Assembly (NCBI GenBank): GCA_027023405.1
Contig: JALVVN010000038.1
Location: forward strand, 19,333-83,332
DNA from: Campylobacterales bacterium
Lineage (GTDB): Bacteria > Campylobacterota > Campylobacteria > Campylobacterales > QNZT01
Direction: 5' to 3'
Length of the DNA: 64,000 nucleotides
Part shown: piece by piece, positions 28,619 through 37,979 of the stretch
Position numbering within the stretch: position 1 is the stretch's first letter
How the letters are laid out: each line of letters begins with the position of its first letter
The notes under the pieces: generated by a model
Told to the model about the DNA's origin: nothing
What the model saw: the letters and a program-made list of their open reading frames with translations, nothing else
The model's database searches: none
Made by a program: the position numbers and the translations under genes

Positions 28619-29307
28619 TGAACAAGTTTATATCCCACACCGCGAACCGAAATGATATATTTGGGTCTTTTAGGGGTGTCGCCGAGTTTTTGGCGAACAC
28701 GACCAACGAGCACATCGATACTCTTATTGGTACTATCTTCACTGATGGAATCTACATTGTAGATTAGCTCTTCACGAGAGACAACATTTCCCTCCTTTTG
28801 GATGAGATATTTGAGAATGCCGTACTCCGCTTTGGTGAGTTGAAGTGGTTCTCCTTTGAAATGGATCTCATTTTTATCTTCAAAGACGACTAAATCCTTC
28901 ACCTTTTTCGTTGCTTTTCTCCCCTTAGATGCGAAATCGTGTTTTTCCCGTCGTAGGAGTGATTTAATACGGGCTTCCAGTTCTCTGGGATTGTAGGGTT
29001 TGGGAAGGTAATCATCTGCACCGCGCTCCAATGCTTCGACCTTGTCGGTAATGTCATGCCGTGCCGAAGAGATAATAATAGGAATATCGTGTCGCTTGCG
29101 TATATCAGTACAGACTTCAAGTCCATCTAGTCCGGGAAGTGTCAAATCTAAAATAACCAAATCGAAATCGCCTGTGTTGAGCGTAGAGATACCCAAAAAG
29201 GGATCTTCAACATTGGTGATCTCGATATCAAATTGCAAAAGATACTCACTAAGGATCTCCGCAAGTTCAGGATCATCTTCGATCATTAACACTTTTATCA
29301 TATTCAT
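28615..29307 (-). CDS. OmpR/PhoB-family response regulator
   Basis: Receiver domain (VLMIEDD, DLVILDLTLPGLDG, KP) plus a winged-helix C-terminus (VRGVGYKL). Start could instead be the ATG at 29301. Confidence 0.9.
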   Translation of the reverse strand: MNMIKVLMIEDDPELAEILSEYLLQFDIEITNVEDPFLGISTLNTGDFDLVILDLTLPGLDGLEVCTDIRKRHDIPIIISSARHDITDKVEALERGADDYLPKPYNPRELEARIKSLLRREKHDFASKGRKATKKVKDLVVFEDKNEIHFKGEPLQLTKAEYGILKYLIQKEGNVVSREELIYNVDSISEDSTNKSIDVLVGRVRQKLGDTPKRPKYIISVRGVGYKLVQ

Positions 29308-29331
29308 CTACCTTTTCTATGTTGTTTCACC

Positions 29332-29340
29332 ATTATACCA
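29332..29340 (-). promoter_or_regulatory. extended -10 box TGGTATAAT for the RR-HK operon
   Basis: The minus strand reads TTGGTATAAT, then a 24-nt leader containing AAAGG before ATG 29307. Confidence 0.45.
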
Positions 29341-29398
29341 AGCTCTCACTCAAATTCACTACTACCCTCTTTTTTTATCTAAAAATTGATAGAGTTGA

Positions 29399-29428
29399 TT
29401 GACATAGACTAAACTTTTATGATATAAT
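29399..29428 (+). promoter_or_regulatory. sigma70-type promoter for cbpA-hspR: TTGACA-18 nt-TATAAT with TGn extension
   Basis: TTGACA at 29399-29404 and TGATATAAT at 29420-29428. GAGGTG Shine-Dalgarno before GTG 29463. Confidence 0.55.
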
Positions 29429-29462
29429 ATCCCTAAAATCAATAAAGATGTGAGGTGTAAAA

Positions 29463-30362
29463 GTGAGTAAGAGTTTGTATGAGACACTGGGGGTGAGTGA
29501 AAATGCATCTGCCGATGAGATCAAAAAAGCGTATCGAAAATTGGCAAGAAAGTATCACCCTGATATTAATAAGACTCCTGAAGCAGAGGAGAAATTTAAA
29601 GAGATTAATGCTGCCTATGAGATTTTGAGCGATCCTGAGAAGAAGCAGAAGTATGACTCTTATGGGGATAGTATGTTTGGTGGGCAAAGTTTTCATGATT
29701 TTGCCGGAAGTCAAGGAGGTGGCGTTGATCTCGATGAGATTTTACGAAGTATCTTTGGCGGTGGAGGTGGCTTCTCCAGTGGTGGCTTTAGTTCCGGTGG
29801 TTTTGGTGGCGGTGGTTTCTCCGGTGGTGGATTTGGTGATTTTGGTGGTGGTTTTTCTGCACCAAATCTCGATATCGAGACTAAAATCACGATTCCGTTT
29901 AATGTCGCAATTACTGGAGGTGCCCACTCTGTCAGTATCAATGGAGAACGCTTTGATGTCAAGATTCCCGCCGGAATTAAAAATGGTGAGAAGCTTCGTG
30001 TCAAAGGAAAAGGTAAACAGCACGGCAATCAACGAGGTGATCTCTACATTAAGGTAGAAGTGGCTCCCTCACCGGAGTATCAGCGAGATGGAGACAACTT
30101 GACCAAAGAGATCGATATCTCCCTCAAAAAGGCGCTCTTTGGTGGGACTGTCAAGGTACAGACTCCCTATCGCGAGATTAACATGAAGATTCCAAAAGGG
30201 ATCAAGAGTGGTCAAAAGCTTCGTGTCAAAGGGGAGGGCATTGTCAATCGTAAAACACAAGTCAAGGGGGATCTCTATGTGCGGGTAAATGTGGTACTTC
30301 CAAAAATCGAGGATCTCGATCCGCAATTGGTCGAAATGATGCAAGAGAAATTACCGGAATAA
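29463..30362 (+). CDS. cbpA: DnaJ-class co-chaperone without zinc finger (CbpA-like)
   Basis: J domain with HPD (ARKYHPDIN), a G/F-rich linker and DnaJ C-terminal domains. No CxxCxGxG repeats. Confidence 0.85.
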   Translation: MSKSLYETLGVSENASADEIKKAYRKLARKYHPDINKTPEAEEKFKEINAAYEILSDPEKKQKYDSYGDSMFGGQSFHDFAGSQGGGVDLDEILRSIFGGGGGFSSGGFSSGGFGGGGFSGGGFGDFGGGFSAPNLDIETKITIPFNVAITGGAHSVSINGERFDVKIPAGIKNGEKLRVKGKGKQHGNQRGDLYIKVEVAPSPEYQRDGDNLTKEIDISLKKALFGGTVKVQTPYREINMKIPKGIKSGQKLRVKGEGIVNRKTQVKGDLYVRVNVVLPKIEDLDPQLVEMMQEKLPE

Positions 30363-30372
30363 GGAGGGAAAG

Positions 30373-30747
30373 ATGCATGGATATGATGAACCGGTCTATC
30401 TGATCAGTGTGGTGGCAAAAGCGCTCAATATTCACCCGCAAACACTACGGCAGTATGAGCGAGAGGGGTTGATTACTCCTTCCCGTACCAATGGTAAAAT
30501 CCGTCTCTACTCCCAACGAGATATCGATCGGATTAACTTAATTTTGCGTTTGACGCGTGAGTTGGGTGTCAATCTTGCAGGCGTCGATATTATCCTGCAA
30601 CTCAAAGATCAAATCGATAGTTTTGAGGAGGAGATCGATGATCTCAGACTCAAACTTGCTAAATTGAGCAAGCAGGGCGTGGTACCGGCTGAAAACTCAC
30701 TGGTGAGCAAAAAGAGTGTTTATGAGATCATCCTATTTGGAAAGTGA
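30373..30747 (+). CDS. hspR: MerR-family heat-shock repressor HspR
   Basis: YLISVVAKALNIHPQTLRQYEREGLITPSRTNGKIRLYSQRDI HTH. Position directly after cbpA matches the Helicobacter/Campylobacter arrangement. Confidence 0.8.
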   Translation: MHGYDEPVYLISVVAKALNIHPQTLRQYEREGLITPSRTNGKIRLYSQRDIDRINLILRLTRELGVNLAGVDIILQLKDQIDSFEEEIDDLRLKLAKLSKQGVVPAENSLVSKKSVYEIILFGK

Positions 30748-30753
30748 GATGCC

Positions 30754-31446
30754 CTAAAAAGTAATCTTACCATCTTCTTGTAACTTTCGAATAATTTCTT
30801 TGGCTTTGGTGTGCCCTTTGTAGGCGGCTTGACGACAAAGCTCTAGTGCTTTATCGTGATCCTCTTTGACACCGAGTCCTTGATCGTAGAGTTGTCCAAG
30901 GTTATAAAATGCAGTAGCAAGACCCATTTGAGAAGCTCTTTCAAAGCAAACAAAGGCGCGTTTGTAGTTTTGTTCAACGCCCATTCCCTCTTTATAAAGC
31001 ACCCCGAGGTTGTTGAATGCTTCGGCATGTCCCCGTTTTGCCGCCTCTTCATACCAAAATGCCGCTTCTGAGTAGTTTTGTGTGCAGGTGATACCCCGCT
31101 CAAACTGTAAGGCGACCTGATATTGCGCTTCAGCGACACCGGCGATGGCAGACTCCAGATAGAGTTGATGCGCTTTGATGGGATCTTTGATCGCTCCCGC
31201 TTTACCAAAGTCATAGATGAGTGCAAGATTGAAGAGGGCATAGGGCTGTTTTTTGGTGGCTGCTTGTTCATAAAGGGTGAGTGCTTTGATCTCATCCTTT
31301 GCGACACCTTGTCCGTTTTGATACATATATCCAAGTGAAGTTTGTGCGTCGGCATCCCCCTCTTGGGCGAGTTGTGTATAGAGTGTCAATGCCGTTACAT
31401 AGTCACCGTTTTTGTAGGCTTGATGTGCTGTTTCTAATGGTGTCAT
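30754..31446 (-). CDS. Sel1-repeat (SLR/TPR-like) protein, no signal peptide
   Basis: About six repeats of AQxxLGxMYxxGxGVxxDxxKAxxWY type. ATGA overlap with the upstream gene. Confidence 0.85.
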   Translation of the reverse strand: MTPLETAHQAYKNGDYVTALTLYTQLAQEGDADAQTSLGYMYQNGQGVAKDEIKALTLYEQAATKKQPYALFNLALIYDFGKAGAIKDPIKAHQLYLESAIAGVAEAQYQVALQFERGITCTQNYSEAAFWYEEAAKRGHAEAFNNLGVLYKEGMGVEQNYKRAFVCFERASQMGLATAFYNLGQLYDQGLGVKEDHDKALELCRQAAYKGHTKAKEIIRKLQEDGKITF

Positions 31447-32429
31447 GCTATCTCCTTTACGAGTCGTAGTAGTTGATAGGCGTAGCCATATTCATTATCT
31501 TGCCATGCCATGATTTTAATAAGATCACCTCCTATCACTTGGGTAAGAGAGAGATCGAGTAGTGCTCCGCAGGGAGAGCCGATAATATCCCGTGAGACGC
31601 AAAAAGGATCGGCTAATCCCAGTGCACCAAAGTTATTCATCTGCTCTTGAAGTTTTTGGTTGAGTGCTTCTTGCGTGGTGTGATGGGCGATCTTGAGGGT
31701 GAGATCATAGAGCGTACAGGCATCGACCGGTACGCGGATACTTTTGGCATAGAGTTTTCCTTTGAGATGTGGGAAAAACTTCTCCGCTTCCTGTTGTGCG
31801 CTACTTTGGAGCGGTTGGATATTTTGTGTGGCTGATCGTGCACGGCGAATATCTTTGGAGTAGTGTTTCACATCGAGGAGCTTTTGGTAGGCGGTGTAGC
31901 TATGAAACATACTAAAGCTTCCCTCTTGCACACCTACGAGATTATCGGTGAGCTTGAGGATCGGAAGGATTGCCGCCGAAGAGCAGGAGGAGGCGCTGAT
32001 GATCGGCTCATTTCTGTAGGATTTGTGGTTGATATCGGTGACATAAGTAGGAATATCAGGGCTAGCGGGTGCGGAAATGATGATCGTTTCGGCACCGTTA
32101 TCAAGATAGGGTTGATTGCTCTTGCGATCCAAAAAGAGTCCGGTGCACTGGAGTAGGAGATCGACTCCTTCTAATCGAAGTTTTGTCGGATCAGCCTCAC
32201 AAAAGAGAGGAATCGCTTGATCCTTGATACGAAGGGCATCCCCCTCCTGAAAAACAGGGTATTTGTAAGTTCCATACACAGAGTCATACTGCAAGAGTCG
32301 GCGCATCTGCTCAAAATCATAGATATCGTTGATTCCGACAATCTCAAAGACGGGATCATCAAAAGCGATACGAAAGATTGCACGACCGATCCTCCCAAAG
32401 CCGTTGATAAAGATGCGGATCGGCTTCAT
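31443..32429 (-). CDS. glyceraldehyde-3-phosphate dehydrogenase-family dehydrogenase, divergent paralog
   Basis: Rossmann INGFGRIGR. Catalytic region is SASSCSSAAILP where canonical GAPDH has SNASCTTNCLAP. His region HSYTAYQ. RRARSATQNIQP. Confidence 0.72.
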   Translation of the reverse strand: MKPIRIFINGFGRIGRAIFRIAFDDPVFEIVGINDIYDFEQMRRLLQYDSVYGTYKYPVFQEGDALRIKDQAIPLFCEADPTKLRLEGVDLLLQCTGLFLDRKSNQPYLDNGAETIIISAPASPDIPTYVTDINHKSYRNEPIISASSCSSAAILPILKLTDNLVGVQEGSFSMFHSYTAYQKLLDVKHYSKDIRRARSATQNIQPLQSSAQQEAEKFFPHLKGKLYAKSIRVPVDACTLYDLTLKIAHHTTQEALNQKLQEQMNNFGALGLADPFCVSRDIIGSPCGALLDLSLTQVIGGDLIKIMAWQDNEYGYAYQLLRLVKEIA

Positions 32430-33106
32430 GATCGCTTATCCAGTTTAAAGAGTTGCGGTTCGATGGTGAGATCGGTGATGACGCTTCCACTTCGGAGCTT
32501 TAACGCCTCCATGAGTGTATCGGCAATATCTTTAGGCTCGATATAGCTCAAGGGATCATCGGTTGGGGCGAAGCGAAGCTTATCAAAGAAGGGAGTTTGT
32601 GTAATGTCGGGATTGATCGTAATCACCCTCAAACCGCTCTTGCGCGCCTCTTTAAAAAGTGACTTTGCAAAGTGTCTGATCCCCGCCTTGGTCGCGCCGT
32701 AGACCGCCCCCATGATCGCCGGCTGTATCGCGGATATGGAGCTGATAAAGACCAATGTTCCCGAACTCTCTTTGAGCGCTTTGAGGTAGTGCCGCGTTAA
32801 AAGTAGAGGAGCGGTGAGGTTGAGGGCGATCATCTCTTCAATCTCTGCACTACTCAATGATTCGTGCGGGCCAAAGTGACCGATGCCGGCAGCATGGACG
32901 AGCAGTGTGAGATCGGGGATTTGTGGGTAGGTTTTAGTGTGTGTAAGATCGCATTGGAGTGGGTGAAAACCGGGCTCGCTGAGTGAGGATTTGCTAAAAT
33001 CTCTTGCCATGCCATAGACGATATATCCCTCATCGAGTAGCTTTTGGGCGATCGCTTCTCCGATCCCGCTACTTGCGCCGGTGACTAACGCACACATCTT
33101 TTTCAT
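32426..33106 (-). CDS. short-chain dehydrogenase/reductase (SDR)
   Basis: TGASSGIGEAIA, NAAG-like HAAG and YGATKAG catalytic motif. ATG 33106 forms an ATGA overlap with the upstream stop. Confidence 0.85.
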   Translation of the reverse strand: MKKMCALVTGASSGIGEAIAQKLLDEGYIVYGMARDFSKSSLSEPGFHPLQCDLTHTKTYPQIPDLTLLVHAAGIGHFGPHESLSSAEIEEMIALNLTAPLLLTRHYLKALKESSGTLVFISSISAIQPAIMGAVYGATKAGIRHFAKSLFKEARKSGLRVITINPDITQTPFFDKLRFAPTDDPLSYIEPKDIADTLMEALKLRSGSVITDLTIEPQLFKLDKRS

Positions 33107-33660
33107 ACCAACACCTCGCATAGTGATTCGATGTGAGGTGCGATCGAAGGTCGAATGGACGCCTTTGCCTCTTTGGGATCAAGTCTATCTGAGACGATCT
33201 TGTAGATATGTAGCTGTGAAAGTGAGGCAAAGGGTTGGAGTGCGCGGATGAGGGCGCTCGCCTCCATATCGACTAGCTCCGATCGTGGTGTTTCGGAGGG
33301 AGTGACAGCTTTGGGGTAGGTGGCGAGTGAGGCGTTCTCAAAGCGGGGATCGGGATCTAGATGGTAGATACGATCATCATAGGTTGCGTGCACCTTGGAG
33401 ATACTGAAGAGTTGATGGAGATTTTTCTCCACTCGGCTCCCTGCTGTGCCGATATTGAAGATCTGATCTGCTTTGTTGAAGCCATATTTCCCGGCATAAT
33501 AACCGACGGCAACAGCACTCTTTTCGAGCCCGATACCGGTGATGATGAGGCGGTAGTCGGTGGTGGCGTAGAGAGAGATTTTATCAGACTCTTTGTGAAG
33601 CTTGAGCGCTTGAATCAGCGCCTCCGCCTCCGCATGAAGCGCCATGAAGATCACCCGCAT
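33103..33660 (-). CDS. PNP_UDP_1-family nucleosidase, short form (futalosine hydrolase / MTAN-like)
   Basis: ITGIGLEKSAVAVGY, IFNIGTAGS, LVDMEASAL and KIVSDRLD motifs. Start is uncertain: ATG at 33660, 33678 or 33645. Confidence 0.6.
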   Translation of the reverse strand: MRVIFMALHAEAEALIQALKLHKESDKISLYATTDYRLIITGIGLEKSAVAVGYYAGKYGFNKADQIFNIGTAGSRVEKNLHQLFSISKVHATYDDRIYHLDPDPRFENASLATYPKAVTPSETPRSELVDMEASALIRALQPFASLSQLHIYKIVSDRLDPKEAKASIRPSIAPHIESLCEVLV

Positions 33661-33661
33661 C

Positions 33662-36600
33662 TTAGAGGTAATTGTCAAGGATCAGCTTGAGGTAGGTTTG
33701 ATCGGCGCTGTTGATGAGTACCTCATCAAACTTCGATCGCATCTGATCGTCAATGATAGTATCAAATCCCCGAAAGAGCAGAAGTGCTGTTTCGTCACGA
33801 TTTTCCACGCTATCGATAAGGACTCTTAGATCCAGTCCGGCGATCTCTTTGTCTGCCATCACCACTTTGTAGCGATACTTTTTGAGGTGATCAAAGAAGT
33901 CTCTTAGCTCATAGACGGCATCGACTTGATCGTAAAGCTTCGAGAGGGTTTTTTCAAAGATTTTTGTCTCGACTTTGCTCTTCTTCATCAAGAGAAGATT
34001 GCGCAACTCTCCCGTTTGTTTCGCACTGTTTGCTACCTCATTAGAAGGGGCGCTTGTAGTGGATGTAGATTTGTGATGTAGTGTCATACCATGCTTCATC
34101 AAGACTCTTTTGAGTTCCTTCTCTTTGACAGGTTTAGGAATATAGTCGTCAAATCCACTATTGAGAAAGCGCTCTTTATCACCCTTGAGGACATTGGCGG
34201 TGACGGCGACGATTGGAGTGTGTGCGAGATTGTTCTCTTTTTCATATGCGATGAACTCTTTGGTAGCGCGTACTCCGTCAAGTATCGGCATCGCAATATC
34301 CATAAAGACCAGATCAAAAGAGGCTTTTTTAAAGGCTTCAACCGCTTCTTGTCCATCTTTAGCGGTAGTCACATTGAGTGAGAAGGATTCACAAATGGTT
34401 TTGAGGAGTTTGAGATTGATCTCATTATCTTCTGCGATGAGGATATCTCGTCGAATTAGATCGGAGCTGGGTTTGGTATAGCTAATCTCTTGAGGCTCCT
34501 CTTTTTGATACTCAATGTTATGTGTTGAGGCGATTTGGGCAAGGATTTTGGCAAACTTTGTGACATTGATAGGTTCATGGATAGGGAAGATATGGTCGCT
34601 TTTATATTTGCTGAGTTGTCCACGATATTTGGTTGGGAAAATAAGAAGAACCGCTTTTTTCACTTTTTGAAGCGTTGCGAGCTCACTTTTGGAGAGTGAG
34701 GTAAAGTGTGCAACGATAAGATTCGCCCCTTTCGCCTCCTTGTTCTTCAGCTCATCAAACAAAATGACACGGTTTTTTGCACCAAAGTAGTGAAGATAGC
34801 GTCGAACCTGGGAGAGCAGAAGTCGATTCTTCCCTTTGAGCAGTAGGGCATCAAAATGGGTAAAACGATTTTGATGTGAAGTAGGAAGTTTTTTCCCTTT
34901 TTTAAATTCTAGCGTAAAGTAGAAGTTACTTCCGATATCTTTTTTACTACTTACTTCCAGTTTGCCACCCATGAGTGAGACATAGCTAGAGGAGATTGTA
35001 AGCCCCAATCCGGTACCGCCGTATTTGCGTGTAATCGTTGAATCGGCTTGATTAAAGGCATCAAAGATATCCGCCATCTCTTCTTGTGTCATACCGACAC
35101 CCGAATCACTGACTTCAAAGTAGACCTTCTCACTCTCTTTACTCTCTTGTGGGAGTTTTTTTATCAGTACAGTGACTTGTCCGCCCTCCGGTGTAAATTT
35201 CACCGCATTTGAGATGAGATTGAGCAGTACTTCTTTGACTTTAACGATATCACCGATTAGAAAGTAGTGAAAGTCTGGATCCATTAAAAATGAGAGGTTG
35301 ATATTTTTGTTTTCCACTTTCGGCATATAGACATCGACTACATTCTCAAACTCTTCGATCGGTGAGTAGGGGATAAGATCGAGTTCCACTTTTTTACTCT
35401 CGATTTTGGAGAGATCAAGAATATTGTTAATAATCTCCAAGAGACTGTCAGTACTTTTGTCAATGATTTCTACATATTCTCTCTCTTCACTATTAAGAGG
35501 AGATTTTTTCAGTAGCTCTGTAAAACCGACGATACCGTTGATAGGCGTACGAATCTCATGTGACATATTTGCCAAAAAGATACTTTTTGCCGCATTGGCT
35601 CTTTCCGCTTTGCGTTTCTCGATATCGATTTTATCGACAGTTTGTGTAATGATATCGTAAGTCTTTTGGATGCCCTCTGTCGAATCGAGATCGAGTGCAT
35701 CCTCAATCAACGCATAATTGATAATTTTGTTAAGAACTTTTTCGAGCCCCTCTCGTGAAAAAAGATAAGAGTATAGTTGTCGATAGAGGTAGAGCATATA
35801 GAGTGAAAGGAGTATGAACGATGCTGTGATGATCATTTGAATGAGCGCTTTTCGTTTGTTCTTCTCTACTTCAACTTGAAGTTTCTCATAAAGAAAATTG
35901 GCAACATTGTTGACACCCATAATCTTTTGCGTCTCTTTGGTAAACCAGCCGATCGGGTCGATCTTGGTATTTTGATCCTCTAAGAGTTGCTTTTTGATGG
36001 TTTGTGTTTGAGAGATAGCATCGAGGAATTTTTTCTCATTGAGCAGCGCTTTGAGCTCCTCTTTACTCCTCTCATCAAAGGAGCGGATCGTATAGATGAG
36101 ATCCGTATCTTTGAAAATATGCATCAAAAGTAATTTATTGCGTGCTGAGTGGTGGGTCAACATATTGGTGACATAATCTCGCTCATTGGAGAGGGAACGC
36201 ATGAGATTCATCGCCGCAAGATAGTTATCAGCCAAAGCATGTACCGTATCATCATCACCAAGTTGCAGGATATCCGCTTTCATCTGTTTGATAATCTCTC
36301 GTTCGAGTGTATCAAAATAGACAAAAGAGGCTTCATAACTCAAAGAGTAGTTATCTACCTTTTCACGCAATTTTTTGAGTTGATCTAGTTTCGTTTGTAG
36401 TTTTGTGTAAAAGTTCGATGAGAGGTTGTGTAGTTGGTAGTAATCGTGAATAAGTTCAATAGCGCTGTCACTTCTTTTTCGCTGTTTTTCAAGAAGAGCC
36501 TTGGTATTTTCCTGACGGCTCAGTATCAGGAGTGTGCTCAATCCTCTCTCTCTAGCAATATTAATCGCAAGCGATTTTAGTACTTTGACCTGTGTGATAT

Positions 36601-36724
36601 CGTCGGTACTTTTTTGATAGTGGCGATAGTTGTTGAACGCTTGAAAGAAGAAATAGCCACTTAAAAGCAATAAAAGCGAGATAGGAACGATCGTAATGAA
36701 CTTTAAATTTTTGTTGATTTTCAT
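33662..36724 (-). CDS. hybrid sensor histidine kinase/response regulator with a periplasmic NIT-like sensor domain
   Basis: TM, NIT-like region ([12 protein letters not shown]..., SNERDYV) and second TM. His[18 protein letters not shown]. HATPase GTGLGLTIS. Receiver [14 protein letters not shown]...[14 protein letters not shown]...KP. Extra receiver-like segments flank the receiver. Confidence 0.85.
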   Translation of the reverse strand: MKINKNLKFITIVPISLLLLLSGYFFFQAFNNYRHYQKSTDDITQVKVLKSLAINIARERGLSTLLILSRQENTKALLEKQRKRSDSAIELIHDYYQLHNLSSNFYTKLQTKLDQLKKLREKVDNYSLSYEASFVYFDTLEREIIKQMKADILQLGDDDTVHALADNYLAAMNLMRSLSNERDYVTNMLTHHSARNKLLLMHIFKDTDLIYTIRSFDERSKEELKALLNEKKFLDAISQTQTIKKQLLEDQNTKIDPIGWFTKETQKIMGVNNVANFLYEKLQVEVEKNKRKALIQMIITASFILLSLYMLYLYRQLYSYLFSREGLEKVLNKIINYALIEDALDLDSTEGIQKTYDIITQTVDKIDIEKRKAERANAAKSIFLANMSHEIRTPINGIVGFTELLKKSPLNSEEREYVEIIDKSTDSLLEIINNILDLSKIESKKVELDLIPYSPIEEFENVVDVYMPKVENKNINLSFLMDPDFHYFLIGDIVKVKEVLLNLISNAVKFTPEGGQVTVLIKKLPQESKESEKVYFEVSDSGVGMTQEEMADIFDAFNQADSTITRKYGGTGLGLTISSSYVSLMGGKLEVSSKKDIGSNFYFTLEFKKGKKLPTSHQNRFTHFDALLLKGKNRLLLSQVRRYLHYFGAKNRVILFDELKNKEAKGANLIVAHFTSLSKSELATLQKVKKAVLLIFPTKYRGQLSKYKSDHIFPIHEPINVTKFAKILAQIASTHNIEYQKEEPQEISYTKPSSDLIRRDILIAEDNEINLKLLKTICESFSLNVTTAKDGQEAVEAFKKASFDLVFMDIAMPILDGVRATKEFIAYEKENNLAHTPIVAVTANVLKGDKERFLNSGFDDYIPKPVKEKELKRVLMKHGMTLHHKSTSTTSAPSNEVANSAKQTGELRNLLLMKKSKVETKIFEKTLSKLYDQVDAVYELRDFFDHLKKYRYKVVMADKEIAGLDLRVLIDSVENRDETALLLFRGFDTIIDDQMRSKFDEVLINSADQTYLKLILDNYL

Positions 36725-36861
36725 AATTATTGTATATCCTTACATTCACTCATGGATAGAACGATTGAGTAGAAAATATTTGCAACTATTTCCATCCATG
36801 TTGGTATTGCATAAAGGATATTGTAGCATGGAACTCTAAAAAAGAGCTCCAAAACGGGTGT

Positions 36862-37968
36862 TTAGAGAGATTCTTTATCTTCGGTTTTTAAAAATTGTCG
36901 TATAAAATTGCCTGACTCAAGTGTATATTCACGATCAATTTCATCGATATCATCCTTGATTTGTTGCAAAATCACCTCTTTTTGAGGCTCTTGCTGTTTT
37001 TCAGAGAGTTTGATGAAATCGCTATTGAATGTTGTATCAGGTGCTTCCTTTTCTGAGTCTGAAGATTTTAAGAAAGAGAGCGAGGGCTCTTCAACCGATT
37101 TCATATGGGCTTCCGGCTCCTCTTCCAATACTTCTGACTTTAAAAAAGAGAGCGGACTCTCCTCTATGGTTTCAGTCTGCACCGGTGGCTCTTTAGCATG
37201 CTCTGATGCTATGGGTGGGATCGGCTCTGTATCGAGTGCAAGATCCTTTTTTAAAAAACTCAAATCTATCTGGCTCTCTTGCGTCTCTTTCACCTCTTCC
37301 TGAGCTTTAGAGAGATTGGAAGATGTTGAAGTATCATGGGTAAAGTCTAAGACAATTTTTTCCTCCTCTTTTGGCGTCTCGAGTTCATCAAACGGGAGAT
37401 GAAACTCCTCCTCGGCATGAGAGGTTATAGGGGCTTCATTTTTATTGAGATCCTCAGCCGGTGGTAAATCAAAGAGCGGTGCATCTGATTGGATGCTCTC
37501 TTGAGCGTTTTGTGTCGTCTCTTCCATATTGGTTTGTGTCAAGGTAGAGGGTTCCGTCAAGAGATTACTCAACTTGACATTTTTATTGACCTCAAATTTC
37601 ATGTTGCCGTTGACTTTACTGGCGATCTTTACAAAATCATCATTGATAATCCGTACACCGTAACACTTTTTAATACCACCGAGTTCATGTGCAAAGACAA
37701 TCTCTTTGACAGTAAGTTTGATATCGACTTCCGTGCCGTCTTTGAGACGAACGGTCGCTGCTTTATTCGGAGCACCGCTATAGAGAATAAAGTCAATCCA
37801 TGAAAAATTTTGAAATTTATAGATTTTTCCCTCTTTTTCGACCAGTAGATCCGCAAAGTCGCTGTTGGCGGAGATGAACTCAGTGACATCTTCATATCCC
37901 AAAAAGCTCACGGTTTCATTGCTAATACCTAAAAATTTATAATTTTCATCATAGATTATCACTTTCAC
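36862..37968 (-). CDS. hypothetical protein: PAS-like N-terminal domain plus a long acidic, probably disordered C-terminal region with three LSFLK motifs
   Basis: 368-aa ORF beginning 11 nt after the uvrC stop. Coding-like composition. Confidence 0.6.
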   Translation of the reverse strand: MKVIIYDENYKFLGISNETVSFLGYEDVTEFISANSDFADLLVEKEGKIYKFQNFSWIDFILYSGAPNKAATVRLKDGTEVDIKLTVKEIVFAHELGGIKKCYGVRIINDDFVKIASKVNGNMKFEVNKNVKLSNLLTEPSTLTQTNMEETTQNAQESIQSDAPLFDLPPAEDLNKNEAPITSHAEEEFHLPFDELETPKEEEKIVLDFTHDTSTSSNLSKAQEEVKETQESQIDLSFLKKDLALDTEPIPPIASEHAKEPPVQTETIEESPLSFLKSEVLEEEPEAHMKSVEEPSLSFLKSSDSEKEAPDTTFNSDFIKLSEKQQEPQKEVILQQIKDDIDEIDREYTLESGNFIRQFLKTEDKESL

Positions 37969-37979
37969 CCCTTTATCTG

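Noticed and set aside
29308-29462. HspR HAIR operator (CTTGAGT-N7-ACTCAAG type) at the cbpA promoter
   Set aside because: Only one ACTCAA half-site (29348-29353) is present, with no inverted partner at the expected spacing. I did not annotate an operator.
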